A stretch of 35,175 nt of DNA from Myxococcota bacterium (GCA_036339465.1 JAYZAY010000079.1:1-35175); one strand, 5' to 3'. Shown: positions 23,962 to 33,241, counted from the first letter of the stretch. Numbers and translations are program-made. The notes: generated by a model not told the origin, from the sequence alone.

Positions 23962-26493
23962 ATGAAATCCGAATTAAGATTGGTTGTCTGGTTTTGTACA
24001 GGGGTTTTTTTGGCCGCCTGTGGCGCAACAGGGGAGGGTTCGGGCTGTGCTTGTGACCCAGACTATGAATATCCGCGCGGACTTGCTGAGGCGGCACCGG
24101 CTGAAAATGCAGCGTTGTTTCGATTTACCCAGCACGGTCTCAATTCGGCTGTTTCACTTTTACCCAGTTTATTGGAGACCATTTGTAAACCATCTGAAGC
24201 CGGCGCTGCAGACTGTGAGGAAGTCGAGGTTAACGGCCAGCGGCGGGCTCGGTTTTATATCGGCTCGCCTTGCTTTCCTAAACGTTATGTTACCAATTTG
24301 GGGACGATTTTAGGCCAGGTGAACGCAGAAATTAGGTCCGGCGATTGTCGAGGGGAACCCTATTTTGCAAGTTATGTGGAGATTGGCCTGGATGGTCTTC
24401 TTGAGCCAGGTAATCTCGAATTGAGACTTTATGACGGGCCTGGGGTTTCGCCGGAACAGGCTGCTTTGGAATTGGTTCTGGGCTGTCAGGATGCATTAGA
24501 TGGTAATCTAGGCAATTGCTTTAGTGAACAATTCCTAAAGATGGACCTGGAGATGGTGTGGGAGTCGGAGTATGAGGTGGCTAGCTTTTTTGGCGGGGGC
24601 ATTATGGACAATGCTTGTTATATTAAAAAGGACGATGGTGAGGAATGGGCAGCTGAAATTCAAGGTATGAGAGTCCTTCTGAAACCTAAACTGAGACTTG
24701 ATGACCAGGGGAGACCAAAACTTGATTTCGCCTATGTTATGGCTGACTCAGAATTGAAATTGGACCTTCATTTAGAACAAGATTCGGCGGATGGGAATGG
24801 GAGCCCAAGTGACCCCGCTTGTGTCGGTGGAGGATGTGACGCTCTTTGTGAGAGTTCGGACTTTGTTGGAGAGGGAGCTCAGCTATTTCTAGAAAGTCGT
24901 CGGGTGGCTACATTGATTGCGGAGGCTGTGGTTGATGCCTTACTCGCTGAGCTGGTGGATATGCCCCTAGAGGCGCTTGGAGAGGTTAAGCTTACGGATT
25001 TTCTCCCAGTGGGAAATTCGCATGCTAACGCAACCGCGTTTTTGATTACGCCGCATTTAGATACGCCGACTGTTACAGGTACCGGTTTAGATAGAGGGGT
25101 GAATTTTTATTTTAAGGGTGGTTTCTTTGGCGAAGCCGATCCTTGTGTCCCTGAGGTCAGTCCTATGAATTGGACAGTACCGAGTTTTGTTTCAGAAACA
25201 TCGACTGTGCAGACTTCCTTGGGAGCGCCGGAAGGAGAAACGATTGGTGTCGGTTACGATGCCATGGTTGCTCTTAGTGAAGGGTTTTTAGAGAGAGCGG
25301 TCTACAACCTTTTTTCAACAGGTAATCTCTGTTTGGACCTTGCGGCAGGAGACCTCAGGGAATTGAGTGGTGGCGCATTTACCCCAACGGTTTCCTTTCT
25401 CTCTCTCCTGGCACCGGGGTTGGTCGACCTGGGTCCGCCAGAGACGCCCGTAATGATTTCTTTGAGTCCCAAGTTACCAATGCGGATAAATTTTCGTTCG
25501 GACTCAGAGGAGGGGCTTGTCCAGGTGATGTGGCCACAGGTGGAAGTCTCCCTTTACCCCCAAGTCGGCGATTCCAGTTTTCGTGCCGTTTCCTTTGGCT
25601 TTGATCTTCGGCTAGGTTTGGATTTGGCGCCGACCCCAGAAGGTGGACTTCGCTTTCTTATTAAGGAATTGGCCTTGGTTGACCTTCAGCCATGGTATAA
25701 CGAGGCCAATATAGATTTTAGTCCCGAGAATATATCTGAGTTGCTGGAATCCTTTTTGCCGCTTTTATTTAGCCAGGATGATCCCATAGATATTAATTTT
25801 GGTGAGGTGCTGGATGAGGTTGGCATGACTCCGCGTTTTCTAGCGATGAAAGCAGAGGAACCAGGGGAACACTTGGGAGTCTATGTTCGGCTCTGCTCAC
25901 GGGCAGCGACAGAGAATGAGAGTGATCCAATTTGTCATGGAGCGAACTTACTTGAAGGGGAAGCCGAGATGCACGGGGAGCGCGGTGGTAATTTTTATTT
26001 CCATGGGGGGGCTATTCCATCGCTACCTATTCGTTCGGGGGAGCAGGCCAGTGCGCTTCAGGTAGGGTATCGAATTGGTGGTAAAGGACCCTGGTATGGT
26101 TTCTACGATCTTGAGGAAGATGGCTCGTTGTTGATGGCGCATCCCTTGCTTAGGTATCCGGGAACCCACCGCGTAGACTATGTTACGAGAAATCGCCAAG
26201 ATGTCCATGAGTGGAGTAGGATGGAGACGGTTTGGGTCAATATTGATGCTCCATTTTGGCAAGGAACGAAAAAGGTCGAGAAGGGTGCTGGGGTTGCATT
26301 ATCGGACGCCCCGTCCACAGAAAACATCGATGGATTTCAGCGGTCGGATTTTGGGATTTATTCAGAACGAGATGCCGTCGAGGGCGGGTGCCGCCAGACG
26401 GGTGTTGAGGCACCCTGGTGGTTTATCTTGATGTTAGCGGGAGGTTCCATCGTTGGTCGACGACGCTCCGATCTCCGAGCGAATCGATTGTAG
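23962..26493 (+). CDS. Cys-rich lipoprotein with BPI/LBP-like (TULIP) domains and C-terminal MYXO-CTERM sorting signal
   Basis: Lipobox LAA-C20. RFTQHGL and the segment MVALSEGFLERAVY...FSPENISELLESFLPLL resemble the two BPI domains. Tail GGC-RQTG-(PWWFILMLAGGSIVG)-RRR. Confidence 0.75.
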   Translation: MKSELRLVVWFCTGVFLAACGATGEGSGCACDPDYEYPRGLAEAAPAENAALFRFTQHGLNSAVSLLPSLLETICKPSEAGAADCEEVEVNGQRRARFYIGSPCFPKRYVTNLGTILGQVNAEIRSGDCRGEPYFASYVEIGLDGLLEPGNLELRLYDGPGVSPEQAALELVLGCQDALDGNLGNCFSEQFLKMDLEMVWESEYEVASFFGGGIMDNACYIKKDDGEEWAAEIQGMRVLLKPKLRLDDQGRPKLDFAYVMADSELKLDLHLEQDSADGNGSPSDPACVGGGCDALCESSDFVGEGAQLFLESRRVATLIAEAVVDALLAELVDMPLEALGEVKLTDFLPVGNSHANATAFLITPHLDTPTVTGTGLDRGVNFYFKGGFFGEADPCVPEVSPMNWTVPSFVSETSTVQTSLGAPEGETIGVGYDAMVALSEGFLERAVYNLFSTGNLCLDLAAGDLRELSGGAFTPTVSFLSLLAPGLVDLGPPETPVMISLSPKLPMRINFRSDSEEGLVQVMWPQVEVSLYPQVGDSSFRAVSFGFDLRLGLDLAPTPEGGLRFLIKELALVDLQPWYNEANIDFSPENISELLESFLPLLFSQDDPIDINFGEVLDEVGMTPRFLAMKAEEPGEHLGVYVRLCSRAATENESDPICHGANLLEGEAEMHGERGGNFYFHGGAIPSLPIRSGEQASALQVGYRIGGKGPWYGFYDLEEDGSLLMAHPLLRYPGTHRVDYVTRNRQDVHEWSRMETVWVNIDAPFWQGTKKVEKGAGVALSDAPSTENIDGFQRSDFGIYSERDAVEGGCRQTGVEAPWWFILMLAGGSIVGRRRSDLRANRL

Positions 26494-26635
26494 GCTCTTG
26501 CTCTGAAGTCGTTTTGGGGACCATCTTTGTGTGTTAAAATCCACCAATGTTTTGATAAGGTCGGTCCAATAGTCCATGGGGAAATTGACCATTGTTTCAG
26601 TATGTTTAACCGAGATTACGCGCTTTGTTCACATT

Positions 26636-26683
26636 TGGGGCACTGTGGATTTCAACAATGTTGATGTTTGCCCCATTTTTTTT
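26636..26683 (+). terminator. Probable intrinsic terminator after the BPI-like gene
   Basis: TGGGGCA/TGCCCCA stem with inner TCAAC/GTTGA stem, followed by T8 (26676-26683). Confidence 0.5.
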
Positions 26684-26705
26684 CGGTTACCGACAGCATT
26701 ATCGG

Positions 26706-26756
26706 AAAAAAAAAAGAGGGCGATGGTTGACCCCCTTACGGATGGTTTCGTACAAG
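26706..26756 (+). promoter_or_regulatory. Candidate ppdK promoter with UP-like A tract
   Basis: A10 (26706-26715), then TTGACC (26727-26732)-N18-TACAAG, ending 7 nt before the ATG. Confidence 0.5.
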
Positions 26757-26763
26757 CCTGATT

Positions 26764-29442
26764 ATGAAATTATGGTATGCATTTTCTGAAGGCCGGACCG
26801 ATGGTAATCGCACCATGGTGGACTCTCTTGGTGGAAAGGGAGCCAACTTGGCTGAGATGTGTAATCTGGGGATACCAGTTCCTCCGGGTTTTACGTTGCC
26901 TGGCGAAATTTGCAGTCTTTATTACCATAATGCCCAAGAACTCCCAGGCCTTGTCGTGGAAGCGGTTCACGAAGGTATCTCTCATATAGAAAAGAAGGTC
27001 CCTGGTTTTATTTTCGGGGACAGGGAAAAGCCGCTCTTGGTTTCTGTGCGTTCGGGGGCGCGTGTGTCGATGCCTGGCATGATGGATACTGTGCTCAATA
27101 TTGGACTTACCGACGTTACGGTGGAGGGACTTGCGAAGAGTAGTGGGAATCGTCGATTTGCTCTTGATTCGTATCGACGGCTTATCCAAATGTATGGTGA
27201 TGTCGTCGCAGGCATAGACAGAGCCAAACTCGATGCGCCGTTGACGAAGATAAAGAGTCGGCTTGGTTACAACTCGGAGAATGATTTCAAGGAAGAGGAC
27301 TTGGGTTCTCTTATTGACGAGTTGAAATCGATTTATAAAACTGAGTCGGCTCAATCTTTTCCTCAAGATCCCGGAGAGCAATTGCTTGGGGCGGTGCGAG
27401 CGGTTTTCGGTAGTTGGATGACCAAACGTGCCCAGACATATCGAAAGTTGAATGGTATCTCGGCCTCTTGGGGTACCGCAGCAAATGTTCAGGCCATGGT
27501 CTTTGGTAATTTTGGGGAGGGGTCGGGCACAGGTGTGGCCTTCAGTCGGAATCCATCAACGGGAGAAAAAAGGGTGCTGGGCGAGTGGTTGCCCAATGCT
27601 CAAGGTGAGGACGTGGTCGCTGGTATTAGAACCCCGGGGGTCTTGCATCAAGCCGATGATCCGGATGGTTCGGTAGCGGGTTCCCTAGAGAAAGCCCTAC
27701 CCGGAGTGTATGCTGAATTGCTACGGGTTATTGAAGTGCTGGAGAAGCACTATGCGGATCTGCAGGATGTCGAGTTTACGATTCAGGATAGGGTGCTCTA
27801 TCTGCTACAGACTCGTAACGGAAAAAGGACGGCACAGGCCGCTTTGAAAATTTCTGTGGATATGGTTAAGGAGGATCTTATTGATATTCGGACGGCCCTC
27901 GGTCGAGTCACCTGTGAGCAGGTTGACCAACTCCTTCACCCCCAGCTAGATCGGTCGATGCTTTCTGCACCTGTGGCAAAGGGGCTCCCTGCATCTCCAG
28001 GGGCGGCAAGTGGTCGGGTTGTTTTATCCTCAGACAAGGCCGAGGAATGGTCCAACAATGGCTTCGATGTCATTTTGGTGCGCCGGGAGACAAGCCCAGA
28101 GGACATTCACGGAATGTATGCCGCAAAGGGAATTTTGACTGCGACCGGAGGGATGACCTCGCATGCAGCGGTCGTGGCACGGGGGATGGGTCGACCATGT
28201 GTGGCCGGTTGCGATTCACTCTTTATTGATGAGGTCCGAGGAACCATCCGCTTTATTGGGGATACTGAGTGTCGGTTTTTTAGAGAAGGGGATTCGATCA
28301 CCCTCGATGGGGCTGAGGGGACAGTTTTTCCTGACATTGTTCCCACCATAAAGGTTGGTTTGGACGATAATTTTGAAGAGTTTCTGGGTTGGGCTGATGC
28401 GGTCCGGGGTATTGAGGTCCGTGCCAATGCCGATACTCCAGATGATGCGAGAACTGCGGTTGAACAGGGCGCCCAGGGAATTGGGCTTTGTAGAACTGAA
28501 CATATGTTTTTTGCGCCCGAGAGAATCTTGGCCATGAGAGAGATGATCTTGGCTGGTTCGGAAGACAGTCGTAGAAAGGCGCTTGATAAGCTATTGCCTA
28601 TGCAGCGTGAGGATTTTGAGGGTATTTTTCGGGAGATGGGCGACTTTCCCGTAACGATTCGCCTTCTCGATCCACCGTTGCACGAGTTTTTGCCCCATTC
28701 CGAGGACGAATTGCTTGACTTGGCGACGCAAAGTGAGACGAAGCTCGACGATCTACGGATGAAGCTGGCGGGACTTAGGGAATTAAACCCCATGCTTGGG
28801 CATCGAGGATGCCGATTGGGCTTGGCATATCCTGAAATTATCGAAATGCAAACAGAGGCAATTCTTGAGGCAGCGGTTAGAGTTTCGCAGGAGGGGCTGG
28901 CGGTGAAGCCTGAAATTATGGTGCCGTTGGTGATGGAAGCCGAAGAGCTTCGTCGGGTTCGAGCCATTATCAAACGAGTCTCACTGGATGTGTTCGCCCG
29001 CTATGATTGTGCGGTTGAATTTCGGGTTGGTACGATGATTGAGTTACCGAGGGCCTGTTTGGTTGCCGATGAAATTGCTGAAGAAGCCGACTTTTTCTCT
29101 TTTGGAACGAATGATCTGACCCAGACGACTATGGGTGTATCGCGCGATGATGCGGGTAAATTTCTTCCCTTTTACATCGAGTCGGAGCTTTTGGAGCGGG
29201 ACCCTTTTGCCAGTTTGGATACGCAGGGAGTCGGTAAGTTGGTGACCATGGCATGTGCATTGGGTCGGGCAAAAAAGCGTGAAATCAAGATTGGGGTATG
29301 TGGTGAGCATGGTGGCGACCCTAAATCCGTCGCCTTCTTTGTGGAGGCAGGGCTTGACTACGTGAGCTGCTCGCCCTATCGACTTCCGGTGGCTCGGCTG
29401 GCCGCTGCACAAGCAGTGATTCGGCGTGCTGAGCCCAAGTGA
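26764..29442 (+). CDS. ppdK: Pyruvate, phosphate dikinase
   Basis: LGGKGANLAEM, VSVRSGARVSMPGMMDT, phospho-His GGMTSHAAVVARG, GLCRTEHMF, NPMLGHRGCR, FSFGTNDLTQ and CGEHGG. Confidence 0.98.
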   Translation: MKLWYAFSEGRTDGNRTMVDSLGGKGANLAEMCNLGIPVPPGFTLPGEICSLYYHNAQELPGLVVEAVHEGISHIEKKVPGFIFGDREKPLLVSVRSGARVSMPGMMDTVLNIGLTDVTVEGLAKSSGNRRFALDSYRRLIQMYGDVVAGIDRAKLDAPLTKIKSRLGYNSENDFKEEDLGSLIDELKSIYKTESAQSFPQDPGEQLLGAVRAVFGSWMTKRAQTYRKLNGISASWGTAANVQAMVFGNFGEGSGTGVAFSRNPSTGEKRVLGEWLPNAQGEDVVAGIRTPGVLHQADDPDGSVAGSLEKALPGVYAELLRVIEVLEKHYADLQDVEFTIQDRVLYLLQTRNGKRTAQAALKISVDMVKEDLIDIRTALGRVTCEQVDQLLHPQLDRSMLSAPVAKGLPASPGAASGRVVLSSDKAEEWSNNGFDVILVRRETSPEDIHGMYAAKGILTATGGMTSHAAVVARGMGRPCVAGCDSLFIDEVRGTIRFIGDTECRFFREGDSITLDGAEGTVFPDIVPTIKVGLDDNFEEFLGWADAVRGIEVRANADTPDDARTAVEQGAQGIGLCRTEHMFFAPERILAMREMILAGSEDSRRKALDKLLPMQREDFEGIFREMGDFPVTIRLLDPPLHEFLPHSEDELLDLATQSETKLDDLRMKLAGLRELNPMLGHRGCRLGLAYPEIIEMQTEAILEAAVRVSQEGLAVKPEIMVPLVMEAEELRRVRAIIKRVSLDVFARYDCAVEFRVGTMIELPRACLVADEIAEEADFFSFGTNDLTQTTMGVSRDDAGKFLPFYIESELLERDPFASLDTQGVGKLVTMACALGRAKKREIKIGVCGEHGGDPKSVAFFVEAGLDYVSCSPYRLPVARLAAAQAVIRRAEPK

Positions 29443-29465
29443 TAACTCGTTATCGTGAGGGTCTG

Positions 29466-30899
29466 ATGCGCCAAAAGATGCTCTTTTTAGGTTTTTTGTT
29501 GTTGAGTGGTTGTGTTTTGGAGTTGCCGGGGTCGGCTTCGCCTGATGCGGGCCTCTATTTTCCAACAGATCTGGAGGCTAGCCCTGATGGCCGCTTTCTC
29601 TATGTGGTGAATTCCAATTTCGATCAGAGGTATCAGACTGCCTGGCTCTCTGTTTTGGACATGGACCTGCTACTGAGTAAACCAAGCGGCTCCGAAGAGG
29701 TCGTTGCACCCGGCGACGTTCTGGGTTCGAGGGAACGAGGCTTTGGTATCCGAATCATGGGTCTACCAGGTGAGTTGGCCCTCGACAGAAGTGGGAAGCG
29801 AGGGGCCATAACCCACCGAGGATTTAATCATTTGGATGAAAGCCGGGTTACCTTTCTGGACTTCGCGGATGACGGTTCGACCGTCTCATGCGGGGACCCA
29901 GCATTTGTCGGGGATTTAACACTGAGCGAACAGGCTACGGATTGTGACGAAGACCATTTTTTGATGATTCGGGTCGATGGGGGAGACAATCGCGGGGGGG
30001 AGGCTCAGGATGACGTCTCTAAATACGCTTGGGAAAACCCTTATTCTTTGTCGTTTATGGAAGTATCGGAGTCGGAGCAATTACTGGGAATCGGCTTTTT
30101 AGGCGTGGACTCAATTTATCGGCAGGTTATAGCTGAGCGGGTCCGGCTTTATGGGGTATCAGATGCAGGTGTTGAATATAAAACATCCTATGAAATGTCA
30201 GTCGCAGGGGTTTCTTCTTTGGTGACTGTCGAGGATGGTAGCGATAGGTACATGGCAGTAACGAGTCAACTGGGGGCGGGAGTGGTGAGTTCGGTGAAAA
30301 TCGATGAGAGCTTCCTGAAAGGCACCAACAATGTTTCTCTTTCCGATATACAGGGTGATGCTGGCATCCAGGAGCTGGTCGGTATGGAGCGATCGCCACG
30401 AGGTGATGGTTACTACATCTTGAGTAAGCGGCCGAATGCCCTGTCTTTCGTTAAATTTTCTCGAGAAATTGAAGTTGAGACGGGAAAGCAAGGGCTGGAG
30501 GATGCGCCGGTGTCGGTGCTAAAAGCGGACGTATTTAATACTATTTCTCTTTTCGGAACACCCGGAGATTTAGTTACTTGGGAAGCAGACTCAGGTCATG
30601 AGTATGTCGCTATAAGCTCTTTTGGACGCGACCTCCTGCAGGTTTTTCTTCGAAAGGGAGATGGTTTCGAATTGGTATACCGCACGCCTGTTTTTGGCAG
30701 GGATTCGGATACTGGCGGTGTTGATGAAGGACCTTTTGCACTCCAATTGGTCCATCGGCAGTCCCGTTATTTTTTGGCCGTTACGCATTTCTTCGAGCAC
30801 GCTCTCTATCTTTATGAGGTAACTGGGGCACCGGATGCGTTTAAACTAGTTTATAGGATTCGAGATGAAGACTTTGAGAGCGTGGGCCGTTTCGATTAA
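29466..30899 (+). CDS. Lipoprotein, YncE/YVTN-like beta-propeller (unknown function)
   Basis: SD GAGGG, ATG 29466, lipobox LSG-C16; blades such as YFPTDLEASPDGRFLYVVNSNFD and GPFALQL..LAVTHFFEH. Confidence 0.65.
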   Translation: MRQKMLFLGFLLLSGCVLELPGSASPDAGLYFPTDLEASPDGRFLYVVNSNFDQRYQTAWLSVLDMDLLLSKPSGSEEVVAPGDVLGSRERGFGIRIMGLPGELALDRSGKRGAITHRGFNHLDESRVTFLDFADDGSTVSCGDPAFVGDLTLSEQATDCDEDHFLMIRVDGGDNRGGEAQDDVSKYAWENPYSLSFMEVSESEQLLGIGFLGVDSIYRQVIAERVRLYGVSDAGVEYKTSYEMSVAGVSSLVTVEDGSDRYMAVTSQLGAGVVSSVKIDESFLKGTNNVSLSDIQGDAGIQELVGMERSPRGDGYYILSKRPNALSFVKFSREIEVETGKQGLEDAPVSVLKADVFNTISLFGTPGDLVTWEADSGHEYVAISSFGRDLLQVFLRKGDGFELVYRTPVFGRDSDTGGVDEGPFALQLVHRQSRYFLAVTHFFEHALYLYEVTGAPDAFKLVYRIRDEDFESVGRFD

Positions 30900-33204
30900 T
30901 TTGTTGCTCCTATTCGGTGGGGTCGCATGTGAAACCAGGACCGAGCCCGTTGGAGCAGACCTTGAGCATTTGACCGACTTGGTGGTGGGCGGAACGTCGA
31001 CCAAGAAGCTCTTCTTCTTGGATAATGGCACCGAGATGATTCAAGCGTTGGATTTAGACGCGGACATGGCGATTTCCGATTGGGTTAGGAGCCCAAGCCA
31101 CTACCTCCCATTGCATATTTCGGTGGGGGAGCCGGCCTCAAAGCTTTCTGCTTCTTTGGATGGAAAATATGTGGTGGTGGCCACGGAGCGGGGGGAAAGT
31201 TTTAAGGTTTTGGATGCAGACACCTTTAAGTGGAAGACAGGTGTTGGTGGGCATACCGGCTTTTCTGTTCCGGGTTTGGATGGACTTGGCGAGTTGGTGG
31301 CCGTCCCCGGTGACTGTGGAAGTGACTGTCTGGCGCGCTTTCTTGGGGTCTCTGAGGTGAATTCCAAAGTTGTGTTGTTTTCGTTTGTTGCCGATGGAAA
31401 GAATCTTGCTCTTGAGATTGATAGCACATGGACATTTACTTCGACGCCCAACGATCTGGCGCTCCGCCCTGATGGTCAGGGAGTCTGGGTACTGCATTCG
31501 GCGGCCGGAAGCCTGTCGTTTATTGATCTGAAAACCAACACCAAGGAAGAGGCGGCTATTTCTGTAGGCTCTGGAGCTGTGCGTGCCGATTACAGTACCG
31601 ACGGGTCTTATCTTTTATTGATGAGGCCGGGGTTATCGGATTTTCTAGTCCTAAAGAGCGATACCACAGGGGGTGGGAGTGGATCACTTTCGAAAGTTGC
31701 ACTCAACGCGACCCATCTTCCTGACACCGAATGCCTAGAAACTTGTGGGGTTTCAGCCTCAGCCTGTGAATCGCTTCACCCTGCCAATGCTCAGCTTTGT
31801 GTTTCGGATGAAGGGTTTCAGACCGTGCCGGATAAAGACTATCAAGGACTCTATCTTGGGGGCGTACCATCGGATTTGGTGCTTTTAGGGGGAGGTGGCG
31901 GTGATGCGGCACTGAAAGTTGGTTGTAATCCGCAGGAAGAGGGGGAGACGATCTACGAAACTTATTCGGAATATGGCTTGGTGGTCGGATTGGATGGCTC
32001 GGTCATGTTTATTGGTCTGAAATTGGAAGATGGTACAGAGCAAATTAAATTGGTCGAACAGGGGTTTTGTCGGCAGGGAAGGGAGTTGGAGCAGCCCTAC
32101 GCGAGGTTACCATACAATGAGAAGACCGAATCCATGAAGGATATTTTGGATCCTTGTCTAACTATGCCCACCAACGATGCTAGATTTGAATGTATTTCCG
32201 TTGCCGACGATGCTGGAGTGTTGCTCTCCCACGGGATCACCAGTGAATTTCGACTTTATGCGACCTGGGAGGGAGTTGTTACTGGGCCCTTGGACCGGTC
32301 AAAGGGAGGTGGCGTTCTTAGCGTCTTATCAGGTGATACGGTTTTAACGGATGTGGGTGTCAATCTAGGAGACTACAAAAAGTATATTTTAGCGCGTACC
32401 GAGGCCGAAGCGAAAGGGCTGTGCTCATCGGAAGACTTGTATTGTGGCGACGTCGTTGAAATCCTAACGGCGCCGGTAGATTCGCCGGAGTGTCGGGAGG
32501 CGCTGGGTACTGACTTTGAGCGGCTTTGCGCCCTGGAACGGCGTGTGAGTCGCTGGGAAGCTGATTCGGAAGGCGAGGATGTCTTGGTTCTTGACCGGGC
32601 TCTCACTTTAGAATGTTTTATAGGGGGGGAGATTGCTTATAGAATTCGAGTCGGGGATGCATTTAGATTTGAAGTAAATGAACTTCCTGGGGTGTATGTA
32701 AGGCTCGCACCTGGGAGCAAGTTTGGTCTCGGGGGGATTCACGGGACGACCACCTCGGCTGCTTTTAAGCTCAAGGAGTTGGCCTTAGGTTCAGAAGGCT
32801 CCCTGCATTCCAAATCCGCTTGTGAGCGTTTCGATAAGGTAGGTAGTCCTCGGGATGAATTTTCCAGCATATTGTCACGTAGTGCTGAATATGGCCTGAG
32901 ACTGGAGGACCGTTATTCCGACAGCAACGGCAACAGGAATTTACTGGTGGATTTACAGGAGATGGCGGGATTTTTGGGCGTTTCGTGGACAGTGCCTGCA
33001 GGTTTAGCGACTTATCGTGTAAAAGCGGGGGCTATGCCACGGGTTTATCTTGGGTTTGGGTTCAGCTGGGCAAATACCGGTAGCCCTAGAGCAGCGGTGC
33101 TTGGATTTCAGCCCGAAGGTGGAACCAGCAAAGATGGTGAAAACTTCGATTTTTTAGATGATTATTGGTTCGTTGATCCCAGTCGATTCACAGTTATTCG
33201 CTAG
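30865..33204 (+). CDS. Large Cys-rich lipoprotein with N-terminal beta-propeller (unknown function)
   Basis: Lipobox GVA-C22; blades SASLDGKYVVV, PNDLALRPDGQGVWV, DYSTDGSYLLL; many Cys in the C-terminal half. Overlaps the previous gene by 35 nt. Confidence 0.65.
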   Translation: MKTLRAWAVSINLLLLFGGVACETRTEPVGADLEHLTDLVVGGTSTKKLFFLDNGTEMIQALDLDADMAISDWVRSPSHYLPLHISVGEPASKLSASLDGKYVVVATERGESFKVLDADTFKWKTGVGGHTGFSVPGLDGLGELVAVPGDCGSDCLARFLGVSEVNSKVVLFSFVADGKNLALEIDSTWTFTSTPNDLALRPDGQGVWVLHSAAGSLSFIDLKTNTKEEAAISVGSGAVRADYSTDGSYLLLMRPGLSDFLVLKSDTTGGGSGSLSKVALNATHLPDTECLETCGVSASACESLHPANAQLCVSDEGFQTVPDKDYQGLYLGGVPSDLVLLGGGGGDAALKVGCNPQEEGETIYETYSEYGLVVGLDGSVMFIGLKLEDGTEQIKLVEQGFCRQGRELEQPYARLPYNEKTESMKDILDPCLTMPTNDARFECISVADDAGVLLSHGITSEFRLYATWEGVVTGPLDRSKGGGVLSVLSGDTVLTDVGVNLGDYKKYILARTEAEAKGLCSSEDLYCGDVVEILTAPVDSPECREALGTDFERLCALERRVSRWEADSEGEDVLVLDRALTLECFIGGEIAYRIRVGDAFRFEVNELPGVYVRLAPGSKFGLGGIHGTTTSAAFKLKELALGSEGSLHSKSACERFDKVGSPRDEFSSILSRSAEYGLRLEDRYSDSNGNRNLLVDLQEMAGFLGVSWTVPAGLATYRVKAGAMPRVYLGFGFSWANTGSPRAAVLGFQPEGGTSKDGENFDFLDDYWFVDPSRFTVIR

Positions 33205-33210
33205 GATGTC

Positions 33211-33241
33211 TTGACAAGATAGGGGTGCCAAGAGATATAGC
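33211..33241 (+). promoter_or_regulatory. Candidate promoter of the rpsP operon
   Basis: TTGACA-N19-TATAGC (or N17-GATATA); SD GGGAG before GTG 33273. Confidence 0.5.

Noticed and set aside
24001..24011. G4T7 run in the BPI-like signal peptide as a phase-variation switch
   Set aside because: Too short, in frame, and similar runs are common in this window.
28107..28973. Long antisense ORFs within ppdK (288 aa, 203 aa, 173 aa), der (181 aa) and the oxoprolinase (183 aa)
   Set aside because: Antisense shadows of well-conserved genes, with no motifs.
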